Origin: Nannocystis pusilla
Lineage (GTDB): Bacteria > Myxococcota_A > Polyangia > Nannocystales > Nannocystaceae
DNA: 64,000 bases
Strand: one strand, 5' to 3'
Assembly (NCBI RefSeq): GCF_051105105.1
Contig: NZ_CP185339.1
In this document: positions 51,648 to 61,435 of the stretch, piece after piece
How the letters are laid out: each line of letters opens with the position of its first letter
How positions within the stretch are numbered: position 1 is the first letter of the stretch
Notes under the pieces: model-generated
What the model saw: only the letters and a program-made list of their open reading frames with translations
Database searches by the model: none
Told to the model about the DNA's origin: nothing
Program-made: the position numbers and the translations under genes

Positions 51648-54632
51648 GTGACCACGACCGACGACGCGCACGCATCCGACCGCAGCGCGACGACGCTGGC
51701 CACCAGCGCGGCGCCCCGTCATTCGCCCGCGACGGACTCCGGCGAGGAGGACGCGGCCCCACCCCAGCCGCCGCCGCTCGTGCAGGATGACGCGTACGCC
51801 AAGCAGCTGGCCAAGCAGCGGCTCTTCCCGCGCCGCGTCGGGCCGGTCAAGATCGGCCGGTTCGTGGTGCTGCAGCGGATCGGCAGCGGCGCGATGGGGA
51901 TCGTCTACGCGTGCTACGACGACCACCTGGATCGCAAGGTGGCGGTCAAGGTGCTGCGCACCGACAGCGGGCGCGAGGCGAGCGTCGCGCGGGCGCGCCT
52001 GCTGCGTGAGGCGCAGGCGATGGCCCGGCTCACCCACCCCAACATCGTCACTGTGCACGAGGTCGGCGCGGTGGACGACGAGGTGTTCGTGGCGATGGAG
52101 TTCGTGCGCGGGGTGAGCCTCGACGTATGGGTCGAGCAGGCGCCGCGATCGTGGCAGGAGGTCCGCGCGGCGTACCTGCAGACCGGGCGCGGGTTGGCGG
52201 CGGCGCACCGCGGGGGGATCGTGCACCGCGACTTCAAGCCGCACAACGCGATGATGAGCGAGGACGGGCTGGTCAAGGTGCTCGACTTCGGTCTCGCGCG
52301 CGCGAGCGACGGCGGGCCCGAAGACTCGCCGGCGAGCGCGCCCGAACGGGCCGCGCAGGCGAAGGCGACGCTGCTGCACGCGTTGACGCGGACGGGCGCG
52401 GTGATCGGGACGCCGGCGTACATGTCGCCGGAGCAGCACCGGGGCGAGGTCGCGACGGCCAAGAGCGATCAGTTCAGCTTCTGCGTGTCGCTGTACCAGG
52501 CGCTGTACGGGACGCTGCCGTTCTCGGTGGCGAGCTTCGAGGTGTTCCAGCGCGATGTGCTGGCGGGACGGGTCGCGCCCGCGCCGCCGCGCAGCCCGGT
52601 GCCGGCGCGCGTGTATCAGGCGCTGCGCCGCGGCATGGCGGCCGAGCCGGAGCAGCGCTTCGCGGCGATGGAGGAGCTCCTCGCGGCGCTCGAGCCCAAG
52701 GCGCCGCCGGGCCGCACCATCGCTCTGGTGGCCGCGGCGGGGCTGCTCGGCGGGGCGAGCTTCGTGTTCGCCGCGTCGCGCGGGGCGACCTCGCAGTGTC
52801 CGGACGCGCACGCCGAGCTGGCGGGGATCTGGGACACCGAACGCGCCCAGGCGGTGCGGACCGCGGTGCGCGCGGCCGTGCCGACGGCGGAGGAGGTGCT
52901 GCCTCGCATCGAGCGCGAGCTGACGGCCTACGCGGACGCGTGGGCGGCGACCCGCAACGACGCCTGCCGCGCGCACGCAGAGGGCCGTCAGTCGGCCACG
53001 CTGTTCGACCTGCGGACCGCTTGCCTCGATCGCCGGCGCGCGAGCCTCCGCGCGGTGACGGAGACGCTCGCGGCGCCGTCCCCGGAGAGCCGGGACCACC
53101 TGCTCGGGGCCGTGGTCGGCCTCCCGCCGCTCGAGGCGTGCGCGGACGCGACGGCGCTGACCGCCGCGGTCGCGCCGCCCGACGATCCGCTGCTGCGCGC
53201 TCGCGTCAATCATCACTTCGAGAGCCTGGCGCGGGCCAATGTCTATATGGATACGTCGCAGCTGCGCCGCGCGCGGGTCCTGGTTGAGGAGGTGCTCGCA
53301 GATCCGGAGGTCCGCACATACGAGCCCGTCCTGGCCCAGGCGTATCTGTACAGGGGATATCTGCAGGACTACGACGGCGAGCTGGCGCCGGTCGTCGATA
53401 CGTTCAATCAGGCGCTGGCCGCCGCGTTGAGCAGCGGCCACGACATCGTCGCGGCGCAGGCGAGCTCGGCGCGCATGGCCTTCAAGGCGGCGTTCATGGA
53501 TCGCGTGGCGGAGGCGAAGGCCGAGGCGTGGCTGGTGACCGCGCTGAACCGCCGGGCCCAGCGGGATGTCGACACGTACGCCCGCTATCTCCACTTCATG
53601 GGCGCGCTCCACGGCAACGACGGGGACGTCGAGGGCGGCCTTCGCCTGTGGAAGGAGGCGGTGGCGCTCCGCGAGGCGCACGGCCGCGATCGGACGCGAG
53701 AGTACTTCGGCACGTCGATGCAGCTCGGGACGTGGTCGGAGGCGCTCGGGCGGCACGCGGAGGCCGCGACACATCTGCGCCGCACCATCGACCGCGCCGA
53801 GGAGATCTTCGGGCCGTACTACGCGGATTGGAACCTGGTAGAGCGCTACCTGGCGTATGCCACCATTCGCCTGGGTCGGCCGCGCGAGGCGCTGGCGCGG
53901 CTGCAGCGGATCCTCGAGGCGCGCGGCGACAGGATGATGAGCGTCGTCGAGGGGGTGTATTTTCAGGCGACCATGGCCCATGCCGAGCTCGTCCTCGGTG
54001 AGCCCGCCGCGGCGCACCGTCGCCTGCGCGAGGCGCTGCGGGGGGCGCCGAAGGAGACGGATCGGTGGGTGTGGGCCCTCCTGGCGTGGAGCGCCGGCGC
54101 CGACGGGGACGCGGAGGGGTTGCAGCGCGCGGCCGCAGAGGCGCTGCGCGACCACGACGAGAGCGCCGAGCGACGCGGCCTCACGCACCAGGAGGTGCTG
54201 CTGCGCCACGGGCAAGCGCTCGCGGCGCTCGGCCGTCACGAGGAGGCGCTGGTGCCGTGGACGCGCGCGATGGCGGCGCTCGCGGGCTCGCAGAGGGCGC
54301 TCGACGTGTTTCGACGGGCGAACCTGTCGCTCGAGCTCGCCAAGGCGCGCCGCCATCTGGCGCAGTTCGACGCGGCCGAACGGGACCTCCAGGAGGCGCT
54401 GGCCGGCTTTCAGCAGGTCCTACCGCCGGAGAACCTCGAGATCGCCGAGACGATGCTGGCGCTCGCAGAGCTGGCGCTGGTGCGCGAGCGCCCGGCGGAG
54501 TCGGCCGAGTGGCTGGTGCAGGCCGAGTCGATCTTCTCGGGGAGCGCCGAGCACGACTACCTGCCGCTGGTGCGCACGCGCGAGCTGCTCGCGCAGGTCG
54601 GCGCGGCGGCGACGGAGACCGGAGAGCCGTGA
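51648..54632 (+). CDS. Ser/Thr protein kinase with a transmembrane segment and a TPR domain. A paralogue of the kinase at 2683-5778.
   Basis: GSGAMGIVY, VAVKVL, HRDFKPHNA, DFGLAR, GTPAYMSPE. About 65% identical to kinase-1 across the kinase domain and collinear beyond it. Confidence 0.9.
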   Translation: MTTTDDAHASDRSATTLATSAAPRHSPATDSGEEDAAPPQPPPLVQDDAYAKQLAKQRLFPRRVGPVKIGRFVVLQRIGSGAMGIVYACYDDHLDRKVAVKVLRTDSGREASVARARLLREAQAMARLTHPNIVTVHEVGAVDDEVFVAMEFVRGVSLDVWVEQAPRSWQEVRAAYLQTGRGLAAAHRGGIVHRDFKPHNAMMSEDGLVKVLDFGLARASDGGPEDSPASAPERAAQAKATLLHALTRTGAVIGTPAYMSPEQHRGEVATAKSDQFSFCVSLYQALYGTLPFSVASFEVFQRDVLAGRVAPAPPRSPVPARVYQALRRGMAAEPEQRFAAMEELLAALEPKAPPGRTIALVAAAGLLGGASFVFAASRGATSQCPDAHAELAGIWDTERAQAVRTAVRAAVPTAEEVLPRIERELTAYADAWAATRNDACRAHAEGRQSATLFDLRTACLDRRRASLRAVTETLAAPSPESRDHLLGAVVGLPPLEACADATALTAAVAPPDDPLLRARVNHHFESLARANVYMDTSQLRRARVLVEEVLADPEVRTYEPVLAQAYLYRGYLQDYDGELAPVVDTFNQALAAALSSGHDIVAAQASSARMAFKAAFMDRVAEAKAEAWLVTALNRRAQRDVDTYARYLHFMGALHGNDGDVEGGLRLWKEAVALREAHGRDRTREYFGTSMQLGTWSEALGRHAEAATHLRRTIDRAEEIFGPYYADWNLVERYLAYATIRLGRPREALARLQRILEARGDRMMSVVEGVYFQATMAHAELVLGEPAAAHRRLREALRGAPKETDRWVWALLAWSAGADGDAEGLQRAAAEALRDHDESAERRGLTHQEVLLRHGQALAALGRHEEALVPWTRAMAALAGSQRALDVFRRANLSLELAKARRHLAQFDAAERDLQEALAGFQQVLPPENLEIAETMLALAELALVRERPAESAEWLVQAESIFSGSAEHDYLPLVRTRELLAQVGAAATETGEP

Positions 54633-54830
54633 CCGCTCCGCCGCGCCGCGGCTTCGCCGCGGGTTCGTCGGCTTGCTCGTGCTGGCGGTGCTCGTCGCCG
54701 TCGCGGCTGCGGTGCAGACGCTCGACGTTCGCGCGGCCGGGGAGTTCGCGTGGGTCCGCGCCGCGGCCCGCATGGCGCTGGCGCTGCTGGCGATCGGGAC
54801 CGTGCGCGAGGCGTGAGCGCGCCCATCGAC

Positions 54831-54848
54831 TGTCCCGATGGACATGTC
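54831..54848. repeat. TGTCC-cgat-GGACA plus GGACATGTC abutting the start codon of the downstream gene.
   Basis: Read directly from the sequence. Confidence 0.55.
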
Positions 54849-55220
54849 ATGTCGACGCGAGCCGCGATGCAGCTCACGCCAAAGGCGGGGGTGAGGGCGG
54901 CCATTCCCTCCTACAAGTACAACTGGTTCATGTTCGACCTGACGCTCGCCGACGGCAGGGTCTTCCGCGACCAGATCGCCGGCACCAATAAGTGCAACGA
55001 CGAGTACGACACGGCCATGCGCGTGACCTTCGAGGGCGGCCGGGTCGTCGACGTGAAGACCGGCGGCTCCGAGCTCACGCGCCCGCTCGACAACACCCGC
55101 CGCGGCGTCGCGGCCACCGTGACCGGGGTGCTCCGCCTCGACATGACCGCGCGCCCCGACCGTTACTACTGGCCCACGGCCCCCGCGCCGACCCCCGCCG
55201 AGGAGTGGAGCAAGCTGTGA
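54849..55220 (+). CDS. Hypothetical protein of 123 aa.
   Basis: The start MSTRAAMQL was chosen. Good GC3. No signal peptide. Confidence 0.5.
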   Translation: MSTRAAMQLTPKAGVRAAIPSYKYNWFMFDLTLADGRVFRDQIAGTNKCNDEYDTAMRVTFEGGRVVDVKTGGSELTRPLDNTRRGVAATVTGVLRLDMTARPDRYYWPTAPAPTPAEEWSKL

Positions 55221-55345
55221 GCACGACCTCGCTCGCGCCGGTGCCCAGCGGCGGCGAGAGTGAGGTCGCGGGGAGGCGGAAGCTGTCCTTGAAGACGGCT
55301 TAGGATGCTGCCGTTGAGTCGGCGCAGGAGAATCGTATGCCCATG

Positions 55346-55371
55346 AGGACATGTTGAATAAGACATGTCCT
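55346..55371. repeat. Hairpin AGGACATGT-tgaataag-ACATGTCCT between convergent genes.
   Basis: Read directly from the sequence. Confidence 0.7.
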
Positions 55372-55381
55372 TGGAGACTCG

Positions 55382-56993
55382 TCACGGAGGGAGCTGGCTG
55401 CAGAGGAAGGCGTCCTCGGCGATCATCGTGCGGCCGAGCGCGTCGGTGAGGGTCGCGCGCACCCGCGCCTGCGTGCTCACGGTGCAGGTGCCGTGGGTGG
55501 TCGCGGGGTTGTTGGCGTGGGCCGGGTTGACCGCGGCGTTCAGCACGCCCTGCCAGGTGGCGGTCCACGGCCCGAGCCCGGTCGGCGACGAGGTGCACGT
55601 ATAGCCGCCGCCCCCGGTCGACTCGCACGTGATCGACAGGGTGAAGGTCGAGGCCTGGACGGCGCCGAAGGCATTGACCATACCGGCGCCGCAGTTCGTG
55701 CACGGGATGGGCTTGGCCGTCTTCACGAGGATCTGCTTGATCTGCGACGCCGTCAGCGCGGGGTTGCGGGCGCGCATCAGCCCGACCACGCCGCTCACGT
55801 GCGGGGCCGCCATCGACGTGCCGGCCCAGTGGCGGTGGCACTGCGGGCCGGTCTGCTCGTAGGGGATCCACGTCGACACGACGCCGTGGGTGCCGGTCTG
55901 GGTCGGATTGGTCGGGCAGCCGATGAGGGCGCCGTTGCCGGCCTGGCCGTTCACCGCCGAGCCGCCGGGCGCGGCGAGCGTGATGCCCGGGTACTTGGCG
56001 AGGGGGTTGGACTGCAGGGCGTAGGGCTCGGCGTTGCCGAACTCGTCGACGGCGGTGACCACGATCAGGTCGGGGTTCTGAGCGTGGCACCTCGGCCACA
56101 GATAATTGGAGGCGTTGAAGTCAGGGCTCGGCGGCCAGGTGGTCCCGGAGTCGCCGTTGCCCGCGGCGACCACCACCACGGTGCCGGCCTCGGAGGCCTT
56201 GTCGATGGCGTCCTTGAGGTCGGCCGGGCACGGCTGCGCGAGGTTGCCGATGCTGATGTTGATGACATCGGCGCGCGAGCTGGCCTGCACCGTCTCGCCT
56301 CGGCCGTTGTCGGTCGGCAGGCCGGCCGCGTAGCGGATCGCGCGGGCGAGCAGGGTAGTGGTCGGCTCGTTCATGCCGGGGTCGCCGACCTGGGCGCCGC
56401 CGCCGGATTGCGCGACGCGGAGCGGGCGGAGCTTGCAATTCCAGCAGATGCCCGCGCCGCCGCTGCCGTTGGTGGCGGCCGCGGCGAGGGTGCCGGCGAC
56501 GTGGATGCCGTGGTGAAAGTCCCCGGGGTCGGTCGGGTCGGGGTCGCCGACGAAGAAGTCATAGCCGCTCGACCAGGTGAGCTCCGAGTGGGGGAGGGTG
56601 CCGCTGTCGGCGATGGCGATGGTGACCGCAGGCGAGCCGGTGGTCAGCCACCAGGCCTCGGGCAAGGAGATGGCGCCGTAGTGCCACTTCTGTCCCGAGT
56701 GGTAGAGCGGATCGTTCGGCTCGAGGGTCAGCGAGCGGGGCTCGATCTCGTCGTCGGACGGATCTGCGAGCTCGTCGACGGCGGCCTCGGGCTCGAACGT
56801 CGCAGGCCGCGCCGCTCGCGAGCAGGAGCGGGAGCAGGAACGACCGCGCGCGCAGGGGCGAACCGAAGAACTCGTGGTCTCGAGGGCGACGCCGGAGGCG
56901 ATTCGAGGGGGAAGCCCGGATGTCGGGAGGGTCGCGGGTCTCGGGGACGGCGATACCGAGCAGGGTGCGAAGCGAAGGCGTGCGAAGGGGCAT
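55382..56993 (-). CDS. Subtilisin-like S8 serine protease, secreted lipoprotein, carrying an apparent frameshift just after the lipobox.
   Basis: Catalytic His HGIHVAGT and Ser GTSMAAPHVSG. The signal FFGSPLRARSFLLPLLLASGAAC is in a different frame (the 56559-57071 track ORF) from the mature protein ATFEPEAAVDEL. The junction is at approximately 56800. The start is uncertain. Confidence 0.7.
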
Positions 56994-57163
56994 GTCCGGG
57001 AGTTGCCCGGCGCGGCGGAAGGCTGACAAACGTCGATCGAAAGCGCGGACGCGGCGCGACGCGGGGGCCACCCTGCGGGACTCGCCGGGTTCACGCCTCC
57101 TCGGGTGGTCCTCGCCGGGAAGGACGCGCCGGGGCGGAGCGGTGCCCGGGTCCGACCGCGCGC

Positions 57164-57206
57164 TGTCTCATCATGCATGTCTTATAGGATATGTCCCATG
57201 AGACAT
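57164..57206. repeat. Nested inverted repeats TGTCTCATCATG...CATGAGACA around GCATGTC/ATGTCCC, abutting the stop of the permease gene.
   Basis: Read directly from the sequence. Confidence 0.55.
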
Positions 57207-57698
57207 TCACAGGCGCGTCAGACGGACGATGAGCTGGGCGGTGGCGCCGGCGGCGAACGGGAGGAGGCAGGAGGCGGCGATCCGCAGGAGGGCCAGGCGG
57301 CCGCCGTAGATGCCGAGCTCCATGGGCAGGCGCAGGAGCGGGAGGAGGGCCATGCTGGTGAGGTAGGTGACGAGGACGCCGACGCCGGCGCCGGCCTTGA
57401 GGAGGCCGGCCGCGAGGGGCATGCCGAGGAGGCCGCCGCCGGGGGTGAGGGCGCCGGCCACCCACGCGAGGAGGTGGCCGCGGACGCCGGCGCCGTCGGA
57501 GAGCCAGCGCTCGACGAAGCCGGTCGGGAGGAGGGCCTCGGCCATGCCGGCGAGCAGGAAGGCGACGGCGAGGATCGGCATCATCGCCAGGAAGGTCCGG
57601 CCGGACCGCTGGAGGCCGTCGACGAACACGCCCTGGACGGCCGCGAGGACGCCGAGGATGAGCAGCGCGGCGCCGAGCAGGAGCAGGGCGAGCTTCAC
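57207..57698 (-). CDS. Small multi-TM membrane protein (putative permease subunit), translationally coupled to the upstream gene.
   Basis: Its GTG start overlaps the TGA stop of the RPH-like gene (GTGA). 163 aa with 4-5 hydrophobic helices. Confidence 0.6.
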   Translation of the reverse strand: MKLALLLLGAALLILGVLAAVQGVFVDGLQRSGRTFLAMMPILAVAFLLAGMAEALLPTGFVERWLSDGAGVRGHLLAWVAGALTPGGGLLGMPLAAGLLKAGAGVGVLVTYLTSMALLPLLRLPMELGIYGGRLALLRIAASCLLPFAAGATAQLIVRLTRL

Positions 57699-60355
57699 GG
57701 GGCGGCCTCCGCGAGGACCTCGACGATGCCGCGGCTACCGTCGACGCGCAGGCGCTGGCCCGACTTGAGCCGCTTGGTGCCGTCGCCGACGCCGACGACC
57801 GCGGGGATGCCGTACTCGCGGGCGATGACGGAGCCGTGGGTCATCATGCCGCCAACGTCGCACACGAGGCCGGCGGCGTGGACGAACAGCGGGGTCCAGC
57901 CGGGATCGGTGTAAGGCGCGACGAGGATCTCGCCGGCGCGCAGGACCTGGGCGGCGGGATCGAGGACGACGTGGGCGATGCCCTCGACGACGCCGGCGCT
58001 GGCGCCGAGGCCGGCGATCGCACCTTCGGGCATGTCCTTCGGGACAGGTCGAGCGGGGACCTCGCCCTCGCTGGTGACGACGAGCGGCGGGCTCAGGTGG
58101 CGCGAATGATCATAGTCGGCGCGGCGAGCGAGGATTCGCGGGCGCGGATCGAAGGCGTCGGGGTTGGCGGCGAGCTCGAGCAATTCGTCGTAGGTCAGGA
58201 ACCACACGTCGCCGCGCGCGGCCAGGCGACCGGCGTGCACGAGCGCCTCGGCGGCGGCGAGGACGTTGCTGCGCACGAGCTCGAAGCACTGGATGAACAG
58301 GAACTTGGGGTGCTCGCGGACGCCGAGGCAGTAACGCACGCACTCGACCTGGCGGCGGACGATCCAGCGCGCCAGGGCGGGCGCGGCGGCGACGAGGCGC
58401 GCTGCGGCGGCCTCGGCCTCGGCTTGCAGGCCGGCGAAGTGCTTGCGGTGCTGGCCAGGGGCGTCGCCGTGGGCCGCCATGCCGCGGATGCTGGTGAGCA
58501 GCAGGCCGGGGTCGTCGGCCCAGCGCGGGCGGCCGATGTCGATCTCGGCCTGGCCGCGCATGCCGAAGCGCGCGAGGAAGGCGGCGAGGGCGTCGCCGAA
58601 GGCCGGGCCGCCGGGGAGGGCGCGCAAGGTGTGGAGCTCGCCGGGACGGACGTGCTCGAGGGCGGTGCGCAGCTCGGGGTATGGGCGCGCGAGGTCGGCG
58701 AGGTCGCCGACGCGCAGGTCCATCTCGGTGGTGACGTTGCCGACGAGGCCGCGCTGGAGGGCCTCGACGTCGGCGGCGTGCGGGGTGTCGGCGAAGCGGC
58801 GGCGCAGGCGGCCGAGGCTCAAGAGGCCCGAGACGAGGCGCGGGGCGATCTTTGGCATGACCTGGAAGACGCCGGTGAGCTGGTGCCGGGCGGCGCGCAG
58901 GCGGGCGACCCCGGGGGGCTGGGATTCGACGGCGGCGCGGAAGTCGGCGACGCGAGCGGCGACCAGGCGATCGGCCCAGGCGGTCTGGGTGTCGAGGCGG
59001 GCGCCGAGCAGCAGCCAGGCGAGGTCGAACGGGACGCGCCACATCATCCCGAGGACCAGGCGCAGGGCCGCGGGGCGGGGCTTGGCGGCGGCCTGGATCT
59101 CGGGGCGGTCGACCAGAGTCGCCAGGCGCTCCCCCACGTCGGGGTAGACCGCGCGCAAGATCCGGAACATCAGCCGGCGCGTCGGACCCAGGCGCAGCAT
59201 GGGCGTGATGTCGAGGTAGATCCGGCTACCGGCGTCGACCATCGTCGTCACGCCGCGCGGGAGCTCGTCCATGCGGGTCTTGCCGAACGGGAACACCGCG
59301 CGCCACAGGTCGCGGCTCATCGGCGTGATCGGGTCGATCATGTTCTGGGCGTGGCCGAAGCTGAGGTAGAGGTGGACCGCGCCGTCGTCGGGGCCGGGCG
59401 CGGGCAATGGATAGAGCGAGGTGATCGGGCGCGCCTGGACGAGCCACAGTTGCTGGCCGGAGAGGCACCATTCGAGGTCCTGGGGGACGCCGCCGTAGTG
59501 GGCCTCGACGCGAGCGCCGAGGTCGGCCAGCGCGGCGACGGCGGCGTCGTCGAGGACGCGGGCGCGCCGCCTGGCCTCGGGGACATCTTCGGTGACGGTG
59601 CCGCCGCCGGGCGCGGGGCGGATGGCGACCTGCTTGTCGCCGACGCGCAGCTCCTTGAGCGCGCCGCTGCGGCGATCGACGCGGTAGAGGTCGGCGGTGA
59701 CGAGGCCGCTGACGAGGGCCTCGCCGAGGCCGTAGCCGGCGTCGATGGTGAGGGTGCCGCGGTGGCCGGTGACGGGGTCGGCGGTGAAGAGGATCCCGCT
59801 GGCCTCGGGTACCACCATTCGCTGGACGACCACCGCGAGGGCGACGTGGCGGTGGCCGAAGCCGTTGCGGGCGCGGTAGAGGATCGCGCGGTCGGTGAAC
59901 AGGCTGGCGAAGCAGCGGCGGACCGCGGCCAGCAATTCGTCGTCGCCGCGGATATTGAGGTAGGTGTCCTGCTGGCCGGCGAACGAGGCGCCGGGGAGGT
60001 CCTCGGCGGTGGCGGAGGAGCGGACGGCGTAGGCGTGCTCGCGGCCGAGCTCGTGGTGCGCGGCGGTGATGGCGACGACCAGCTCCGGCGGCAGCGGGAC
60101 GGCGAGCAGGGCGTCGCGCACCGCGGCCCCGAGCTCGCGCGCGCCGGCGATGTCGTCGGGATCGAGGGCATCGAGCCGATCGAGCCACGCCGAGAAGGTG
60201 GGACAGCCGGCGACGAAATGGCGATAGGCGGCCGTGGTGACGCAAAAGCCGGGTGGGACGGGGAAGCCGGCGCGGGTCAAGGCGCCGAGGTTTTGCCCCT
60301 TGCCGCCGACGCGCGCGAGGTCGTCGGGTAAGGTGGCGGAAAATGGCACGAGCAT
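57695..60355 (-). CDS. PEP-utilising enzyme of the rifampicin-phosphotransferase (RPH) / PEP-synthase-like family.
   Basis: N-terminal ATP-grasp segment LARVGGKGQNLGAL...GFPVPPGF. C-terminal phospho-histidine swivel domain GGMMTHGSVIAREYGIPAVVGV at the extreme C-terminus, which is the RPH-type domain order. 886 aa. The ATG lies 2 nt after the TetR stop. Confidence 0.75.
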   Translation of the reverse strand: MLVPFSATLPDDLARVGGKGQNLGALTRAGFPVPPGFCVTTAAYRHFVAGCPTFSAWLDRLDALDPDDIAGARELGAAVRDALLAVPLPPELVVAITAAHHELGREHAYAVRSSATAEDLPGASFAGQQDTYLNIRGDDELLAAVRRCFASLFTDRAILYRARNGFGHRHVALAVVVQRMVVPEASGILFTADPVTGHRGTLTIDAGYGLGEALVSGLVTADLYRVDRRSGALKELRVGDKQVAIRPAPGGGTVTEDVPEARRRARVLDDAAVAALADLGARVEAHYGGVPQDLEWCLSGQQLWLVQARPITSLYPLPAPGPDDGAVHLYLSFGHAQNMIDPITPMSRDLWRAVFPFGKTRMDELPRGVTTMVDAGSRIYLDITPMLRLGPTRRLMFRILRAVYPDVGERLATLVDRPEIQAAAKPRPAALRLVLGMMWRVPFDLAWLLLGARLDTQTAWADRLVAARVADFRAAVESQPPGVARLRAARHQLTGVFQVMPKIAPRLVSGLLSLGRLRRRFADTPHAADVEALQRGLVGNVTTEMDLRVGDLADLARPYPELRTALEHVRPGELHTLRALPGGPAFGDALAAFLARFGMRGQAEIDIGRPRWADDPGLLLTSIRGMAAHGDAPGQHRKHFAGLQAEAEAAAARLVAAAPALARWIVRRQVECVRYCLGVREHPKFLFIQCFELVRSNVLAAAEALVHAGRLAARGDVWFLTYDELLELAANPDAFDPRPRILARRADYDHSRHLSPPLVVTSEGEVPARPVPKDMPEGAIAGLGASAGVVEGIAHVVLDPAAQVLRAGEILVAPYTDPGWTPLFVHAAGLVCDVGGMMTHGSVIAREYGIPAVVGVGDGTKRLKSGQRLRVDGSRGIVEVLAEAAP

Positions 60356-60357
60356 GG

Positions 60358-61156
60358 TCACGGAGCACCTCGTTTCACACCGCAGAGGAAGAAGGAGACG
60401 ATGGTCCTGGCGTCGCGCTCGGGATCGGGGTCGGCGGGCAATCCCCACAGGCCGCCGAGGACGCCGAAGCTGAGCAGCAGGCCCTGGAAGGCGCGCGCGA
60501 GCCGGTAGGGGTCGTCGTCGACGAGCTCGCCGGATTCGACGTAGCGGCGCATCACCGCGGCGAGGCCGTGGATCGAATCGATCGGCGGCGTCGGACAGCT
60601 CGCCGAGGACGCTGCTGCCGCGCAGGCGCTCGACCAGGATGATGCGCATGAGGTCGGCGTCGTCGCGCATCTGCGTCAGCGCGGCGACGGCGAGGCGCTC
60701 GAGATCGAGGGCGAGGTCGCCCGAGGGCTCGCGCGCGGTGCCCCAGACGACCTGGCGAATGTGCATACTCTGGGCGAAGGCGCGGAGGAGGCCCTTCTTG
60801 TCGCCGAATTGGCGGTAGACGGTGGCAGTGCCGACGCCGGCGGCCTCGGCGATGGCCTCGACCGTGGCGCCCTCGAGGCCCTGGCGCGAGAAGACGTCGC
60901 GCGCGGCGGCGAGCACCTTTTCGCGCGCGTCTCCGCGCATGGGGGCATCGACCCCCGCGGCCGCGAGCTGCTGTACGAGGGCCTCGCGGCTACCGGCGAG
61001 GCGGTAGGCCGAACTGCGTGAAATGCCGGCAGCCTCGGCCAAACGGTCCATGGTGAGCGCTTCAGGCCCAGCCTCGTCGAGCAGCCGCCGCGCGACTTCG
61101 AGCAGTTCGGGGAGGGTGACCGGTCCTTGGGATGGCACGAGAGATATGTGAATCAA
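60358..61156 (-). CDS. TetR-family regulator, carrying an apparent frameshift in the repeated gatcgattcgatc tract.
   Basis: HTH segment ATVEAIAEAAGVGTATVYRQFGDKKGLL. After ...LSDAADR the frame shifts at approximately 60580 into the 60358-60555 track ORF, which gives a sensible TetR C-terminus. Confidence 0.65.
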
Positions 61157-61435
61157 TCGTTCCGTCTCCTCAAGGGGACGCGCTGGGAGAGCGAGGAAAT
61201 TTGTTCGCGCGGCGCGAAGGCGCGCGGCGTCCGTGCTCGCCGGGCCCGCCCGTCAAGATGTCCGAAAAGACAAATCGCGGGCTCTACCGTTGGACGCGAG
61301 TGGCCCGGCAACTGTCATCATTTCGCCCGCGAATCGTCGACGCGGTGCGATGATTGCGAGCCGCGCGACGAGCGGGAGACTGGGACGATGTCTCGGCCGC
61401 CTGGCGGCTCGCGGAGCGCGAGCCGTCGGCGCGGT

